63,956 nt of DNA, filler included, from Hyphochytrium catenoides (GCA_900088475.1; 11 parts of 11 records of this genome joined end to end with filler, not necessarily neighbours in it), one strand, 5' to 3'. Counted from the first letter of the whole stretch, positions 41,613-54,812 are shown. Numbers and translations: made by a program. Notes: a model not told the origin generated them from the letters alone.

Positions 41613-42077
41613 GAACAAGGAAAGATAAAAGAGGAAGAGCTGAAAGGAAGAGCTATTGTGACTAAGATAACTTTGATGAGATGTACCCCTCTGAGTAAAC
41701 AGACGAGAACTCGAGAGACTGAGGAAAGAAGAAGGATCTAGAAGAGCAGGCGAAGTGTAAGCGAGGCTTCATGTATCGCTGCTAGCACCATTTCTTATAC
41801 TTAAGCGTCTGCAGTGGCAAGAGAGAAAAGAAATGCAATTACACTTAAGTAGAGCCACTTGTGGCTGGCGTCGAAGTGAGGGCGTAGCAGGAGTGACTGA
41901 AAAGTGAGCCAACAGGAGCCTTGGCGGACAGTTATTTCCTAATCTAAGGAATCGTGAGGTCGTCTACATTAGCCGCACAGTGAAAACGTGCCGCCATTTT
42001 AGAAGCTAGTTTAAGCTGTGCAGAGACAAGAGTGACGAGTCTACTGAGAGAGCTGGAGCGGTGACAATTTTGCTCAA

Positions 42078-44722
42078 TTAGCAACTGTCTCCAGGAGAGC
42101 GGAGCCAAAAAGCCTTACTGATGTTGGGAGCAGCTGTCTTGGTCCTGTCATCTTCCGCCGTACTTTCTGTCTCGCGGGGTGCTGTAGGTCTCCCGCGCGT
42201 TTCCCTATCAAGCAGCTTTGACCATTGACAGCACTCTTGGCCATAAGTAGGTTCCACTGGTATATTCGCCACGTGCCCTCTGCAACAAGGGATAGAAGGG
42301 AGCCAAGTGAGGATGGCAAGATGGAGCAGAGAAAGAGGCAGAAGCACGCATAGGACGATTAAAGGACAGACAGGAGAGGTCATAGGACACGGCAGCAGGA
42401 AACAGCGGCAAGATTCAGGGACAGGGGGGATGAAGAAAAAGAGGAGAGGCATAAAAGCAACGACTAGTGCAAGAAACAAAAAGGAAAGTAAGGGGTAAGT
42501 GGCGTGAAAGGTTAAGCGGCACACAGCTCACCATTGTAGGAAGACAAAGCCCGGTGCATAGCCTCCACGGCTTCCTCCGATTGCTTAGGATCACAAGAAT
42601 CTGGGATGATTATTAGATGCTCAGTCTCATTCGACACATCCGTTTCTTCTTTCTTCAACGACAAAGAGGTTTCTTTCGTTGGCAGCGGCTTGTCATGTGG
42701 CAGCCCTCCTGCAAGGTTCGCACCATTTTGTTCCATCTTCTCCGTCAAGTCATACTGCATTGCTAAGCAAAGAAGACGTGATCACAAGAGGCAGCAGCAA
42801 AACACAGCAACAAAGTCCAATTGAGCCAAACGGGTGACAGCTAACGCCAAACACCGACGTCAACAAGCATACCATTTTCCTTATCATCTGCAACATCAGG
42901 ATTGGCCCGTGCGCTGTCATGCTTGCGCTTGCCTTTTGTGGGCCTTTCGTTCTCTTGCCGAAACTCTAAGACGTGTGGGTCAGCAGCACCACATTCGCGA
43001 GCAAGCCGTACAACTACAAGGTAGCAGGCGTTAGGAGATCACTGTCATATCTTAGCTCTTGTCCGCACTTTCGCTTCGAACAATTTCGCTAAAGGTCCAT
43101 TCTTCCGCAGCTTCTACATCCCGCGGTTTATTTCTCAGTTTGTTCCTTCCCTTCGCTTACCGACCGCTTGGACTTCTCCCTCATAAGCGCTGCACGAATG
43201 CAGTTACCTACCTTTGTCTGAAGGCAATGTCCCCTTCTCGAATGCTAGTGGGATGCTGGGGGCGTCCATCGATTTGGCGAAGGCAACTGCCTTCCGGAAA
43301 GAAGAAGTCCTGTGGCTAATGCCCAGACGCTTATAGTTGTCACTGAACGAGCACACTTTTGAGCAGTCCACCCAGGTCCTAAGAGCCGGAGTAACTGTCA
43401 GAGTGTGCTAACAAAGAATACTATGTCCAAGAAGCAGCACTGAAGAAGTAGAGCTTGTACGGAGAGATAAAGACCAACAAGGAGGTCTTCGTTGGCCAGG
43501 AAAGGCCGTTTCGAGGTGAGAACGGACACTACACCGCGACAAGTATATCACGAGCTACGCAAAGCCGATACTAAGAGACAAAGAGAAGGCAGGGTAAAGA
43601 CTGTTAGTGTGCACTATAGTTGCTTACTGGCTGATCTTGAGCTTGCCACTCATAGCTTGGTCAATAAACTTTACGAACAGGCGTCTCTCCTCAGCTAAAC
43701 TAGCAGCTCCCCGCTCATCTTCGGGAAGGCGAAGGGTTACCTGTGTTATATCATAGTTCCGAGTTTTGGTTAAAGAGATCGCGAAGAGGAAGACAAAGCT
43801 AGACGATGACGAACGAGGACTTAGAGAAAGAAGTCTGGAAATGCCAACGGAGAGAAAGGAGGAGGAACAGAGAGGGGAGGAGAGTGGGGGCGCGAGAGAG
43901 AGAGATGGGAGGTGGGGAGAGAGAGAATAGGATTGAAGGGAGAGAGACACGAGGGAGAGAGAGAAGAGGGAGAAAAGGGCATCGGGGCTTTCTTCTCAGT
44001 TGTAATAAGTGGGTAGACTGGAGTGGGTAGACTGAGTGGGATCACCGAATGGAACATACGAGAATGTAAGATGGAGGAAAGTGTAAGTGAGAGGGAAAGA
44101 CCTGTCACTCACCAGGCCTGGCCACCAGGGGAACCTCTCAAGCTTCGCCCAGCATTTGACGAAAATGGTGTGGGAGTTAAGTGGTGCGATGCGATTGGAG
44201 CCGCGGTCTAGCCATTCATTCCACTTCTCGTCCCATCCATCGTAAGCAATGTACACCTGAGCATGGTGACAAACGTTACATAAGCAGAGGCACGAACACG
44301 GAAGTTGAGAACACTCCCAGACGTAAGGATTCTTCTTGAGCTTTTACTGACAAGGTTCGTCTTTTCTCTTTCTCGGGTTCATTGCCTTCTGATGGACTCT
44401 TCCCAACACTTCATCTCTCGTTTCCGGCGATCGCCTTGCTCACATCGTGTTTGGACTTCTGCGCTCTCACTCTTCCTCGCTCTCCGCACCCTCTCCTCTT
44501 TGCATTTAAGAGGCAGCTCTTCATAGCGTTACCTATTTCTTTCCTCTACTGTTCTCTGCTTTTCGATATTTAATGGCTTTCCTCATCTCTTTGTTGCTCC
44601 CATCTTGCTGAGAGATTCCCCACTCCGCTTCCCACCTTCTCTTTCGTAGCTTTGAGTATCTTAGCGGTGTTCCATATCCCGTCTGTATCCAAAGCATCCA
44701 CCCGCGACCCCACAGTGAACAT
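42078..44722 (-). CDS. Chromatin-reader protein with Tudor/chromo-barrel-like domain plus PWWP domain; 5' end may lie in the gap
   Basis: MFTVGSRVDALDTDGIWNTAKILKATKEK|VYIAYDGWDEKWNEWLDRGSNRIAPLNSHT (Royal-family aromatic cage), then CWAKLERFPWWPGL|V...LFVKFID...|RTWVDCSKVCSF...FRKAVAFA (PWWP). Low-complexity C-terminal exons; the stop at 42078 is less certain. Confidence 0.75.
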
Positions 44723-45983
44723 TTTGACTAATAAGAGGTCAATGAACGACGAGGGAGATATGATATGGCAGTAGAGTTAGTATGAGGAGAGATGGAGAAG
44801 AGGAAAGAGTTAGATGCATAAGGAGAGGAAGCAACTAGGATAACAGATTAACAAGCAGAGGAGTTGAGCGTTCCTTAAGAGTTNNNNNNNNNNNNNNNNN
44901 NNNNNNNNNNNNNNNNNNNNNNNNNNNTTAATTAATTAANNNNNNNNNNNNNNNNNNNNNNNNNNNNNNNNNNNNNNNNNNNNTCGTCCCCGGGAACAGA
45001 GAAGGAGATCTTATCTTCAGCGAAGGACTAGGATCCTCCTTTACGAGTAGGAACAATCAGTGAACTTCTCTAACCCCTTGCCATGTAGAGCAAGCAGGAA
45101 AGAGAAGATGTCCTGATCGGTAGAAGAACAGGATCGAAGAGGCTCTAGGATAACACTTTTTACTTCTCGTTTTTATGAGATGTCGCACTCGTTGCTTGTT
45201 GGTGACGAACGTTTATGAGTAGCTTAGGTTCTTTCGTCTCTATTATTTATCAACAACGACGTTGCTCATCTTCCATAATCCTCTGACCGCGGGAATCATC
45301 AGGGGCGAAGCTAGGTTCAGATTCAGATCGTGTCTGCACCAGAGCGTGGACGAAGAGTATGGGAGCACCAACAGCGGAGAAAGTGAGACTCACTAACGAT
45401 GAAGGGCATTGTTACTGAAAAGAGTGAGGGAAGAGGCTTAACAACCACGAAGACCGAGCCGGTCGGACTTCCTTGCCGTTGAATACCTCAGCGCTGCACC
45501 CTGGCACTAAAGCCCAGCAGATTCTCTCCTTTCCTTCCTTCCTCCTCCTGCAGCCTTTTTATTCCCCTCTTTCTCACATCAGCTGGTGGCTAGCCCTTTC
45601 TGCTGCCTGGCCCCGTCTTCTTTCTGTCCCTCTCCGTCCTCCCCCGTCGCTGGCCCGTAGGTCTTCATAGCGTAGCCTAGATAGCTGGCCCCTTCTCTCC
45701 AGCAGGGCTTATGGGCGGTAGCGTTTCTGTGGTCATCCTCTTCGTCACTGTCATTTGCTCGACCTGAGCTCTGAGGTTCAGATGGGCTGGTATTTTTTCC
45801 TCTCTGTCACAGTGACGCTCCTTGGACCCTTGCCCTTTGCAACCGTCATTTGAGCTTGTGCCATCTACGGCCACCAGGCCTACGTTCACGCCTTACCACC
45901 GCTAGAGCCTCAGCCCTACTGTTATCTCGCCGCGACCATCAAGACCTTACAAGCCTGCAGTCACGTGCACCTGAGTTTCTCCT

Positions 45984-46598
45984 GAAGACGCTGCAGGCTC
46001 GGATCATCGAAGACGCTGCAGGCTCTGACCACGTGAAGACGCTGCAGGCTCTGACCATGTGAAGAAGCTGCAGGCTCTGACCATGTGAAGACGGTGCAGG
46101 CTCTGGCCATCTGAAGACACTGGCTGCAGCTCTGACCATCTAAAGACGCTGCAGGCTCTGACCATCTGAAGACACTGGCTGCAGCTCGGACCATCTAAAG
46201 ACGCTGTAGGCTCTGACCATCTGAAGGCGTTGGCTGCAGCTCTGACCATCTAAAGACGCTGCAGGCTCTGATCATCTAAAGACGCTGCAGGCTCTGACCA
46301 TCTGAAGACACTGGCTGCAGCTCGGACCATCTAAAGACGCTGCAGGCTCTGACCATCTGAAGGCGCTGGCTGCAGCTCGGACCACCTAAAGACGCTGCAG
46401 GCTCTGACCATCTGAAGACACTGGCTGCAGCTCGGACCATCTAAAGACGCTGCAGGCTCTGACCATCTAAAGACGCTGCAGGCTCTGACCATCTGAAGAC
46501 ACTGGCTGCAGCTCGGACCATCTAAAGACGCTGCAGGCTCTGACCATCTGAAGGCGCTGGCTGCAGCTCTGTGAAGACGCTGCAGGCTCGGATCATCT
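45984..46598. repeat. Minisatellite of about 23 units: 26-bp A and 29-bp B variants in higher-order AB arrangement
   Basis: A = (g/a)aagacgctgcaggctctgaccatct; B = gaagacactggctgcagctc(t/g)gaccatct. First and last units are the same variant gaagacgctgcaggctcggatcatc. No spacers; unit lengths are not multiples of 3. Confidence 0.95.
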
Positions 46599-47190
46599 GC
46601 TGTGAAGAAGGCGGGGTGACTGCCCAGGAAATGTGGTCTCATCATTGAGTATGTTTTGGATGCTATTTTTGGAAATAAGAAGATTTGCGCTTGAGGAGCT
46701 TCAGATGTCTTGGCGGCGGCGATGTACGTGTTATCACCTCCAACCCTTCTGATATTAGCGTAGTGTGTATGTTACCCGTAGCGGCTGAGCAGGCTGGACA
46801 CGGGGGAGATCTGGGATGAATCAACAACAAGGACGGGAAGCTCTAGGGGAAGGTCTGGAGCAGAGAAGCAGTGACTTGTAACGCCACGAACTGTGCAATG
46901 GAACTGCGATGAACAGACAGAGAATACTAGACGTACGCACAATCACCCCATTTATCGGTACAACTAGAGTACTTACACGGTGTAGAAGTTGCTAACGGCA
47001 TTCTGTACAGCTGGCCCGTAGCGGCTATGTAGAATACCAGAACGCAACATCCTTTATTCTGGATAAGCTTTAATGTTTATGGTATGATGTGTCTATATTT
47101 AGAACCAGCACCAGGTTTTACAACAGCATGAACTGGTCTTTGTTGAATTTCTTCGGCTGCCATCATGTCGGTTCGCGCCACCTCCGCTCC

Positions 47191-47192
<2 letters not shown>

Positions 47193-47236
<44 letters not shown>

Positions 47237-47500
47237 GAGACAGAGAGAGACAGAGAGAGAGAGACAGAGAGAGAGAGAAGAAAGAGAAAAGAGTTACAAT
47301 GCACAGAAGCTCCAAGCGCGAGCCAGAGAGCGGAGGGGAAGTGAACAGAGAGAGAGAGAGAGAGAGAGAGAAAGAAAGAGAGAGAGAGAGAGAGAAGAAA
47401 GAGTTACATGCACAGAAGCTCCAAGCGCGAGCCAGAGAGTGGAGGGGAAGAGAAACGAGAGAAACGAGAGAGAGAGAAAGAGTGAGAGAGAGAGGCGAGA
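47193..47500. repeat. (AG)n microsatellite interleaved with a ~55-bp direct repeat
   Basis: AG runs, plus aaagagttaca(a)tgcacagaagctccaagcgcgagccagagag(c/t)ggaggggaag present twice (~47288-47341 and ~47398-47450). Confidence 0.9.
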
Positions 47501-50500
47501 GAAAGGAATAAAGGAGAGAGGATTTCGCCGTGTGGCGAGGTGATGGCGACAGAGCTGTGACTTGGAAGGAAGAATGACAGAAGAGAGGAGACAGAAGTGA
47601 GGAAGGGAAAAGGCATAAGCGGAGAGAGAGAGAAAAAGAGAGAGAGAGAATAGAGGGAGAAAGAGGGAGAGAGAGAGAAAAGCGGCAGACTGTTCGCCTC
47701 GCTAGAGCGGCTCCAAAGTGCAAGAGCGGAGACGAAACGGGACGTTTCCCTCTGTGGAAGCAAAAAGCAATCTTTACAGAGAGAGAGAGAGAGAGANNNN
47801 NNNNNNNNNNNNNNNNNNNNNNNNNNNNNNNNNNNNNNNNTTAATTAATTAANNNNNNNNNNNNNNNNNNNNNNNNNNNNNNNNNNNNNNNNNNNNCTCT
47901 CCATGTGCTCAGAAGACATGTCCGCAACTGCTCGCAGCACTAACAGTATTGTTGACCTCTGCTTGGGTAAGGAGCGGCCGAACGATCTTAGCACTTGCTA
48001 CCTAAGGAAATTGGACATATTCTTTTCTAGCTCAAGATCAGGAACAAATGTTAGTTGGGCAGGCTTGGGCAGCAAATATTGACCCAACTTCAACAACAAC
48101 AATCGAAGAGTTTCCACGATACACTTCAGCATAACGGGCTGGAGCGGCCAAGCGTGACTCATCTTCTTAGGCTCCATCATGGGCGGACTGCTTGATTATT
48201 GGAGGTCTACGACCGACATGATGGAGGTTGTTCCCGACAGCAATAGAGCTGAAGAGAGAGACAGAGGACAAATATTAAGTAGGGGCAACATGGGCACTCA
48301 TCATATGCAGCAGCTACCTGAAGGTGTTGTGAGAGGAGTGAATGTTGCGCCGAACACCGTCGTGTGCTGAAGTTATTGGCAGCAGCATCTGTTGAAGATC
48401 TGTGGCGGCAAGCTGCAAGCATTCTGTCCTCCACCTCTCCTCGTCTTCAATCCCTCACTTTGTGGGAAGGCTCTCATCCATAGACTCAGAGGGAGTTTAT
48501 GCACTAAGCTGAATACTGTACCCGAAGATACTTCAACAGGTGTCTCTTCTCACAAACAACAGAGACCGGCCAGTCATGTTCCCAAGAGAAGTCCTCTTAG
48601 ACTGTCCAAGAGAGCAGAGACCGAATGACGGCTCATCACATGGAATTGTTGTCGTAACCGGAAGGAACAAGTTCCCTTGGAACAAGAGCTTAGGGTTACG
48701 ACAATACTTTAGGGGAAGGAGGGGTTCCTAACATTTGGTAGGAAACGAGGGATGTCGATGACTGAGCTCCATCATCATCCCCCATCTTAAGGCGGAAGGA
48801 GTATGTATCGGCTCGTGATATGGAAGATGAGAAACTATACCAGGAGAGAGCAAGATGGGAAAGTCATTCATGTCCTCAAAAACGGTCATGCAGGCTCAGC
48901 ATTCGGCAATTAGATGGTGTGCGTCGTACGGAGGGCTATAAGAGGCAAAGAGAAGATTGATGATCATGGTGAAAACAGGTACATATAGTAGAAACAAGAC
49001 CAAAGAGAGCAGAGACGCACCAGCTTAACCAAATAAAGATGGAGGGCAGAGTACGTTTAGAAACAAAGACAGTCCATTCAGAGCTATACAAGGGGGTCGG
49101 GAAGTTTAAGATAACAGGAGGAGTCTGCAGGAGATGCGGAAGCAATGCAGTCCGGCGAGGAGAGTAGTGTCCTTCTTGACTTGACACCAGCAAAGGAGGC
49201 TCGCAAGGAGCTTCTTTGAGAGATGAAAGATAATGGTCTAGGAGAGCTTGCAGCCTTTTGGTCACAGGTAATGGAAAGAATCTTTGATAGTCGTACTGCC
49301 TCGCTCCAAAGAAGATGAGGGAGTCACAAGGAGGATGACGAGTGATCTGACAAAGACCGATGATGACGACGCAGTCAGGAGTATTAAACTTGTAGCAGAA
49401 GCGATGATAGTGACGCGCAGCAGCGACGGTACGGCTATGCTGCGGCGATGAAGATTCCTAGTAGGAAGTGAATGGTGATGATGAGAATAACTGATGGTCG
49501 CAAGAAGAGGAGGTGACGAGCTCTTAAGGTGACAGACGGATGATATAAGCTTCCATACTGTGCCGCTGTGCCCAGTTTGACTATCAAGACGATGATATAA
49601 ATTCACATGGGACCAGAATGACAGTATTAGCAGCCGTGACATTGATACTTCATCTGCTCCTCTTCTTTATTATCGCAGCTGTTGCTACGTAGCCACGATT
49701 AGGGTCTACAAAATCGTCTTCTTAACATTGGGTTAGACAGGTGCTATCAGATGAAGTAAGAAAGCTGGCAAAGCCATTGTCTAGAATGATGGGCATAACA
49801 CTATATTGATCTTAGGCCCAAGGATGTTGTGCTTGGCACACTAAATAGTATTTTTCCTGCAGTGATCAGTGCTTCCGTGGCTCAGACAGTGCTCTCCATC
49901 ATCAGGCGGCCAAAGAACTGGATTTGGCGCTCCCTGGTACACTTGATGTACCATCATCCCATCATCCGCGACGAGCCTAATAGTCAGTCTACTTCTTTCT
50001 CTTCCTCCTGTGTCAATCAGTTGGGGTAGGAGGTTTGACTGAGCTCCAAAAGTTGGCCGTCTTTTTGAAAGAACGAACACGTCCTCTCTGAAATAGCTTT
50101 GGGCAAAAAAGTGCTGGCTAATAAGTAAAAGATTGCTTAGGAGCGGTCTCCTTGTACGAAGCAAATGATGATGATGATGGGGTTATTCCTAGTTGCCTCT
50201 CGCTGCGGCTTTCGCTTCTCCTCTCCTGATCTTCACTATCTTGTCCTGGTCTCTCTGATCTCTGAATAGAGGTTCTATTTATCCGTTCTCAAAATCATCC
50301 TGCCCTATGCTCCTCTCCCATTCCCCCCCCCTGCACCTTCCTTGCTTTGTTGCTGCTATGCTCAGTCCTCAAACAGCAATGATTGGTGGGACGACCACGA
50401 CATAGTACGCCTGTCCTGCTCTCTTCCTTTGGTCCCCTCCCTCCCTTGCTCTTTGGCAGGCTCTCTCGTTCTATCTGTCCAGCAGAGACTCTCTTCTTCT

Positions 50501-51807
50501 GCACCTGTTCTCTGTCTTCTCACTCTCCTTCATAGAGTTCTAAAGGCTCCGTTCTTCTTCTGCTTCTCTCTCTCCCACTCCCATCTCTCCCAGAAGCGCC
50601 CTCTTTGGTTATTAGGGGCAAAGGCAGAACCAACGTCAGAGAGAATTCATTTCTAGGGAAAGTCGGTGCGGATTTGGCCTTTGGGATATTTTTAGTTTGG
50701 TTAGAGAGCATTACAAGGTCATAGAGGAGCAATGCGTGCACGATAGGCGTCATAGAAATACAGAATACGAGGTCGGATCTTCGTTCTTTGTTGTAGAGGG
50801 ACTGGCAAGAAGGAGACCAAATGTTGAGGAATTTAGAAGCAAGAGTGACGAGCACGCAGGAGTTGGCTGCGGATCAATGGCACGCAGCGGCGGACTCCTG
50901 AGTGAATGTTGATGAGGAGGACATCTGATGATGATGATGACGACGATCGCTGCTGCCAAGGAGGCTGCTTGTAGGCCAAGGCTGGAGCCCTCACACATCA
51001 TGGTGGATCTTCAGAGAGGACTATGGGGCTGGGCCACAGCTGGGTGCATGGTCTCACAATGGAACTGCGTCCTCCATCACTGCCCACGGACGACAATGGG
51101 CGTGGGTGACTCTGATTACCTAATGTGCATCCCTTCCTATCATTGTTGGCTGCAAAATTAGCCACCCATAATAGCTTGAGCGCTCTTTTCAGCTGCCCCA
51201 AGATAGTCGCTTATGCCCATGGCAGAGGAAACCGTTAAGTCGAACAAAGGGGGCGGAGTGCCTGCAGTAGCGCTCAATGTCGGCAGAAACGCATCGACGA
51301 TCGAGGAGCTTCAGGTGTCTGCTGCAAGATTCGCTGCAGTCCAGAACAGCTCTCAGCTCTCAACTCAGACCTCTCTCCCTCACTGGCCGCTGCTGCCCTG
51401 GCATGTTCGTGTCATTTCCTCCTCCTCCTCCTTCTAGGGTGCGCTGCTGTTTCCTGTCGGCCGCCGCTCCTCGTTGGGCCAGAAGAAGCGCTCAAGCCTC
51501 TCTCCTAATAATCTTCCAATAATAAAGTACACAATGAAGCTTGTCCAACGCACGGGTACTGTCGAAGTTGCTCCTATTTATTACGAGCTAAATGCCTACC
51601 AAAGCTGTTGGTGACCACGGCAATCCACAAGCGGCCATTAGGCTCCTCACTTCTGAGTAGCATCAAAGAAAGAGGCGTTCTCCCGCTGCTGCTCTGAGTT
51701 TTTCATCNNNNNNNNNNNNNNNNNNNNNNNNNNNNNNNNNNNNNNNNNNNNTTAATTAATTAANNNNNNNNNNNNNNNNNNNNNNNNNNNNNNNNNNNNN
51801 NNNNNNN

Positions 51808-54192
51808 GAGAGAGTTGCTGCTCCCATTTCCTCGGAGACCTTCTCCCCCACCTTCACTAGGAGAGAGTGATGAAGAGAGAGAGAGAGAGGTGTCCGCCAC
51901 TATTCTGATGAAGCGCTGCGTCATAGCAATGTCACTGAGGGAACCAAACCTATATATTTGTTGGAAAGACGCGGTGATGTAGGCCCAAGTCGAGTCCATG
52001 CCGTCATCCTGGAGGGAGAAGAGGGAAAGAGAGTCCCCAGAAGAAAGAAGAGTTAATTGTAAGAGAGAGAGAGAGAGAGAAAGACAAGACACCTCTGAAG
52101 ACCCACAAAGACAGATATTAGCAAAGAAGAGACAATGTCTGCACTCATTAAAGAGTGTTGAACGCAACGGAGAGTCTTAACGGAGTTACAGGAGAGGTGA
52201 CAGCCGAAGAAGGGAGAGAGACATAAGCAGAACAGGAAGAGAAAGAACCATCCGTTCGCGATGGGGAAGTGAAAAAGACCGGACGTTGCATTCTCTAAGA
52301 GAGACCGGAAGAGAGAGAGAGAGAGCTCACCTGAGGATCAATAGGGCAGACTTTATAGGACGTCAACGCCTGCGCGGACACCTGGATCTGCAACTCTTTC
52401 TTGGGGCGAGAAGGGAGAAGCTCTGCCTCTCCTCCTCCTCCTGCTCCGCCAGGAAGATGGAAACTCTTTAGATTCGACGATGAATCGGAAGAGAAACGTC
52501 CGTTCATCCCTTCGGAGAAGACAGGATCTTGTTGACCGAGACTCCTATAGTTTTTAGGGAGCAAGAAGGGCTAGGTCAGGTCCCATAGCTACACGTGACA
52601 GGTGAGCTGACAGGAGAAAGCAGGAGATCGAACCTGCCCAAGAATATCTAAAGCTAGGGACTCAGAGAGAAAGAGTGGCCAACGACAGAGAGTGAAACGA
52701 TTGAAGGGCAGCAAAAGAGAGACCTAACAGAGAGAGGCGGATGGGGCGCTAGATCAGAAGATGGAAGCATTGACAGACTGCTGGCATCAAGAACCGCGAG
52801 AAGGCACAGAGAGAGAGAAAGACAGTGTGAGAAAGACAGAGGCGTAGAGAAAGAGGAGTGAAGTATATAAAAAGTTCTACCTGGATCTTCTGTGTCTCCT
52901 GGGCCCTTCCCTGGCTCCTGGGTTCCCTCTATGGAGATGGAAGCTAGAGGTTCGACTTCCTCCAACCTCTTCCTCTGTGGGCATTTCAGAGATTGAGATC
53001 TCAATCTTCAGCGGTGCCGCCTCGCTGCCAGTAGGGCATAGGACCACCTGGAAGACAGACAATACAAGGTCAACATGTACCGGCGGTGCGTTGACTGTCC
53101 TTTGCTTCTCTGTGATTCTCTCTCTTACTCTCGCTCTATGTCCTTCCCCCTTTTAATCCTCCCACATCCCACTGACGGCTGAGCCCAGCCCGCTCTTTCT
53201 TCATACATTGGTCACTCCTACCCACCCTCTTGCTCTATAAAGGTCTACATCTTCAAGACAAGCACTCTTCATCCATCCTTGTACTTCAATTTCTTTGGCC
53301 TTCCCTGTGAAAGCTTACCAAGTCCATGTTTCTGCACAGGAGATCCACAGCGTCATAAGCGTCTCCGCCTGACTGCGTCCGATTGCTGTTTGAGGAAAGA
53401 GGCAGCCGAAGTGAGACAACACATGGAGAGGAGAAGAAAGAGGAAATTTAGAAGAGAAAGAGACTTTTGGGAAAGCAAATGTTCAAGGGGCAATCAGTGG
53501 CCTACAAGGGGGAACAACAATGATCTAGAGGAGAGAGACGCCATCGCGGCGAGACAAGAGCGCTAACTCGTCGTAAGGAGATAAAATAACATTGATATTG
53601 TGATAAGGAAGAGAAAGCAGATCGGCTGACAGAGAGAGGAGCTGAGACTCAGAGGGAGTGAGAGAAAGCAGGCTTTACCAAGCCAAGAGAATCTCTCTGG
53701 CAAATCCCAGAGCTTTGCCCTCGGACAAGGGACGATGAGATGCGAACCGCTGTCCAGCTCCTCCCTCTCCTCCTGAAGCGCTCCCGGTGATCTTCTGAAT
53801 CTTCCTATCGTACTCTAGAAGCGAACGGGTGAGAGCACCAACGATGAACTCTACGCCCTCTGCCCCGTTGTAGCGCACTGCATTGATCTCTATACTGTCC
53901 CGCTTCATGTCCTAAGAGAGGACAAGCGAGAGACAAATCCGCGGCTAAGTGGACGCAAGAGAAGAGTTGAGGAGAGAGAGAAGGCTATTCAAACACAGGA
54001 CAAGAGAGAGAAAACTTTGTAACTGAGACTTAGAGGGTGAAAAGTAAGAGGAAGTTGAGAAAAATCGTGGGTCGTGCAAAGCGTTTGCTGTTTCGAGTGC
54101 TCACCTTAAATAGCTGAGCCATGTCACTGGCCTCAGTGCCAACAGACGCTGACTGCTCATGCACCCAGTCCACCGGAATGCAGAGGCCAGAC
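51808..54192 (-). CDS. Fragment of a multi-exon hypothetical protein with a conserved-looking globular domain
   Basis: Exons bounded by GT-AG: GLCIPVDWVHEQ...AQLFK|DMKRDSIEINAVRYNGAEGVEFIVGALTRSLL...GFAREILLAC|NRTQSGGDAYDAVDLLCRNMDL|VVLCPTGSEAAPLKIEISI...|...ELQIQVSAQALTSYKVCPIDPQ|DDGMDSTWAYITASFQQIYRFG. Both ends are cut by linkers. Confidence 0.7.
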
Positions 54193-54812
54193 CTATCAGA
54201 GAAAAGCCAGCGGGGCGAGAAGAGAACGACGGGTCAGTGATTCGTTACCAAGGGAAGCAGAAGGTTGTGGAGTGAAGGAGAGAAGAGCTGTTCTTGAAAC
54301 AAGAGGGGACGAGGAAAGAGAGGCATCATGCCAGAGGTCGCCTGCCCGAAGATTAGAAGAATAGACGGGAAGAGGGGCAGAGCGGGGTAGAGAGCGAGAC
54401 GAGACAAGAATGGGAAGTAGTAACACTGAGGAAGAGAGAAGAGAACAGAGGGTTAAGGAAGAGAGAGATAACCGGGGAAAAGAGGGAGAACGTAGACTCA
54501 GATATTGGAGATTCGAGAGAAAGAAGAGGGCCTGGCTCGCTACACTGAGATAAGCGAGATGACCGGGATCAAGACGGATCAACAAGAGAGAACTATTGGG
54601 ACTAGAGAGAGAGAGGATGGGACCTTAGTCCAGCTAGGGCCTGAGTGTACTCGATCCTGTTCTCTGCCGCTCTTACGGCTGCCTGAGTCTCAAGGAAAAT
54701 CTTGACATCTACNNNNNNNNNNNNNNNNNNNNNNNNNNNNNNNNNNNNNNNNNNNNTTAATTAATTAANNNNNNNNNNNNNNNNNNNNNNNNNNNNNNNN
54801 NNNNNNNNNNNN

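Noticed and set aside
46110-46560. Hammerhead ribozyme (CTGAAGA matches CUGANGA)
   Set aside because: No downstream GAAA after a plausible stem II (units have TAAAG/GAAG) and no three-stem topology.
45984-46598. CRISPR array or repeat-protein ORF
   Set aside because: Units are contiguous with no unique spacers, there are no cas genes and the context is eukaryotic. Unit lengths of 26/29 bp shift frame and create stops.
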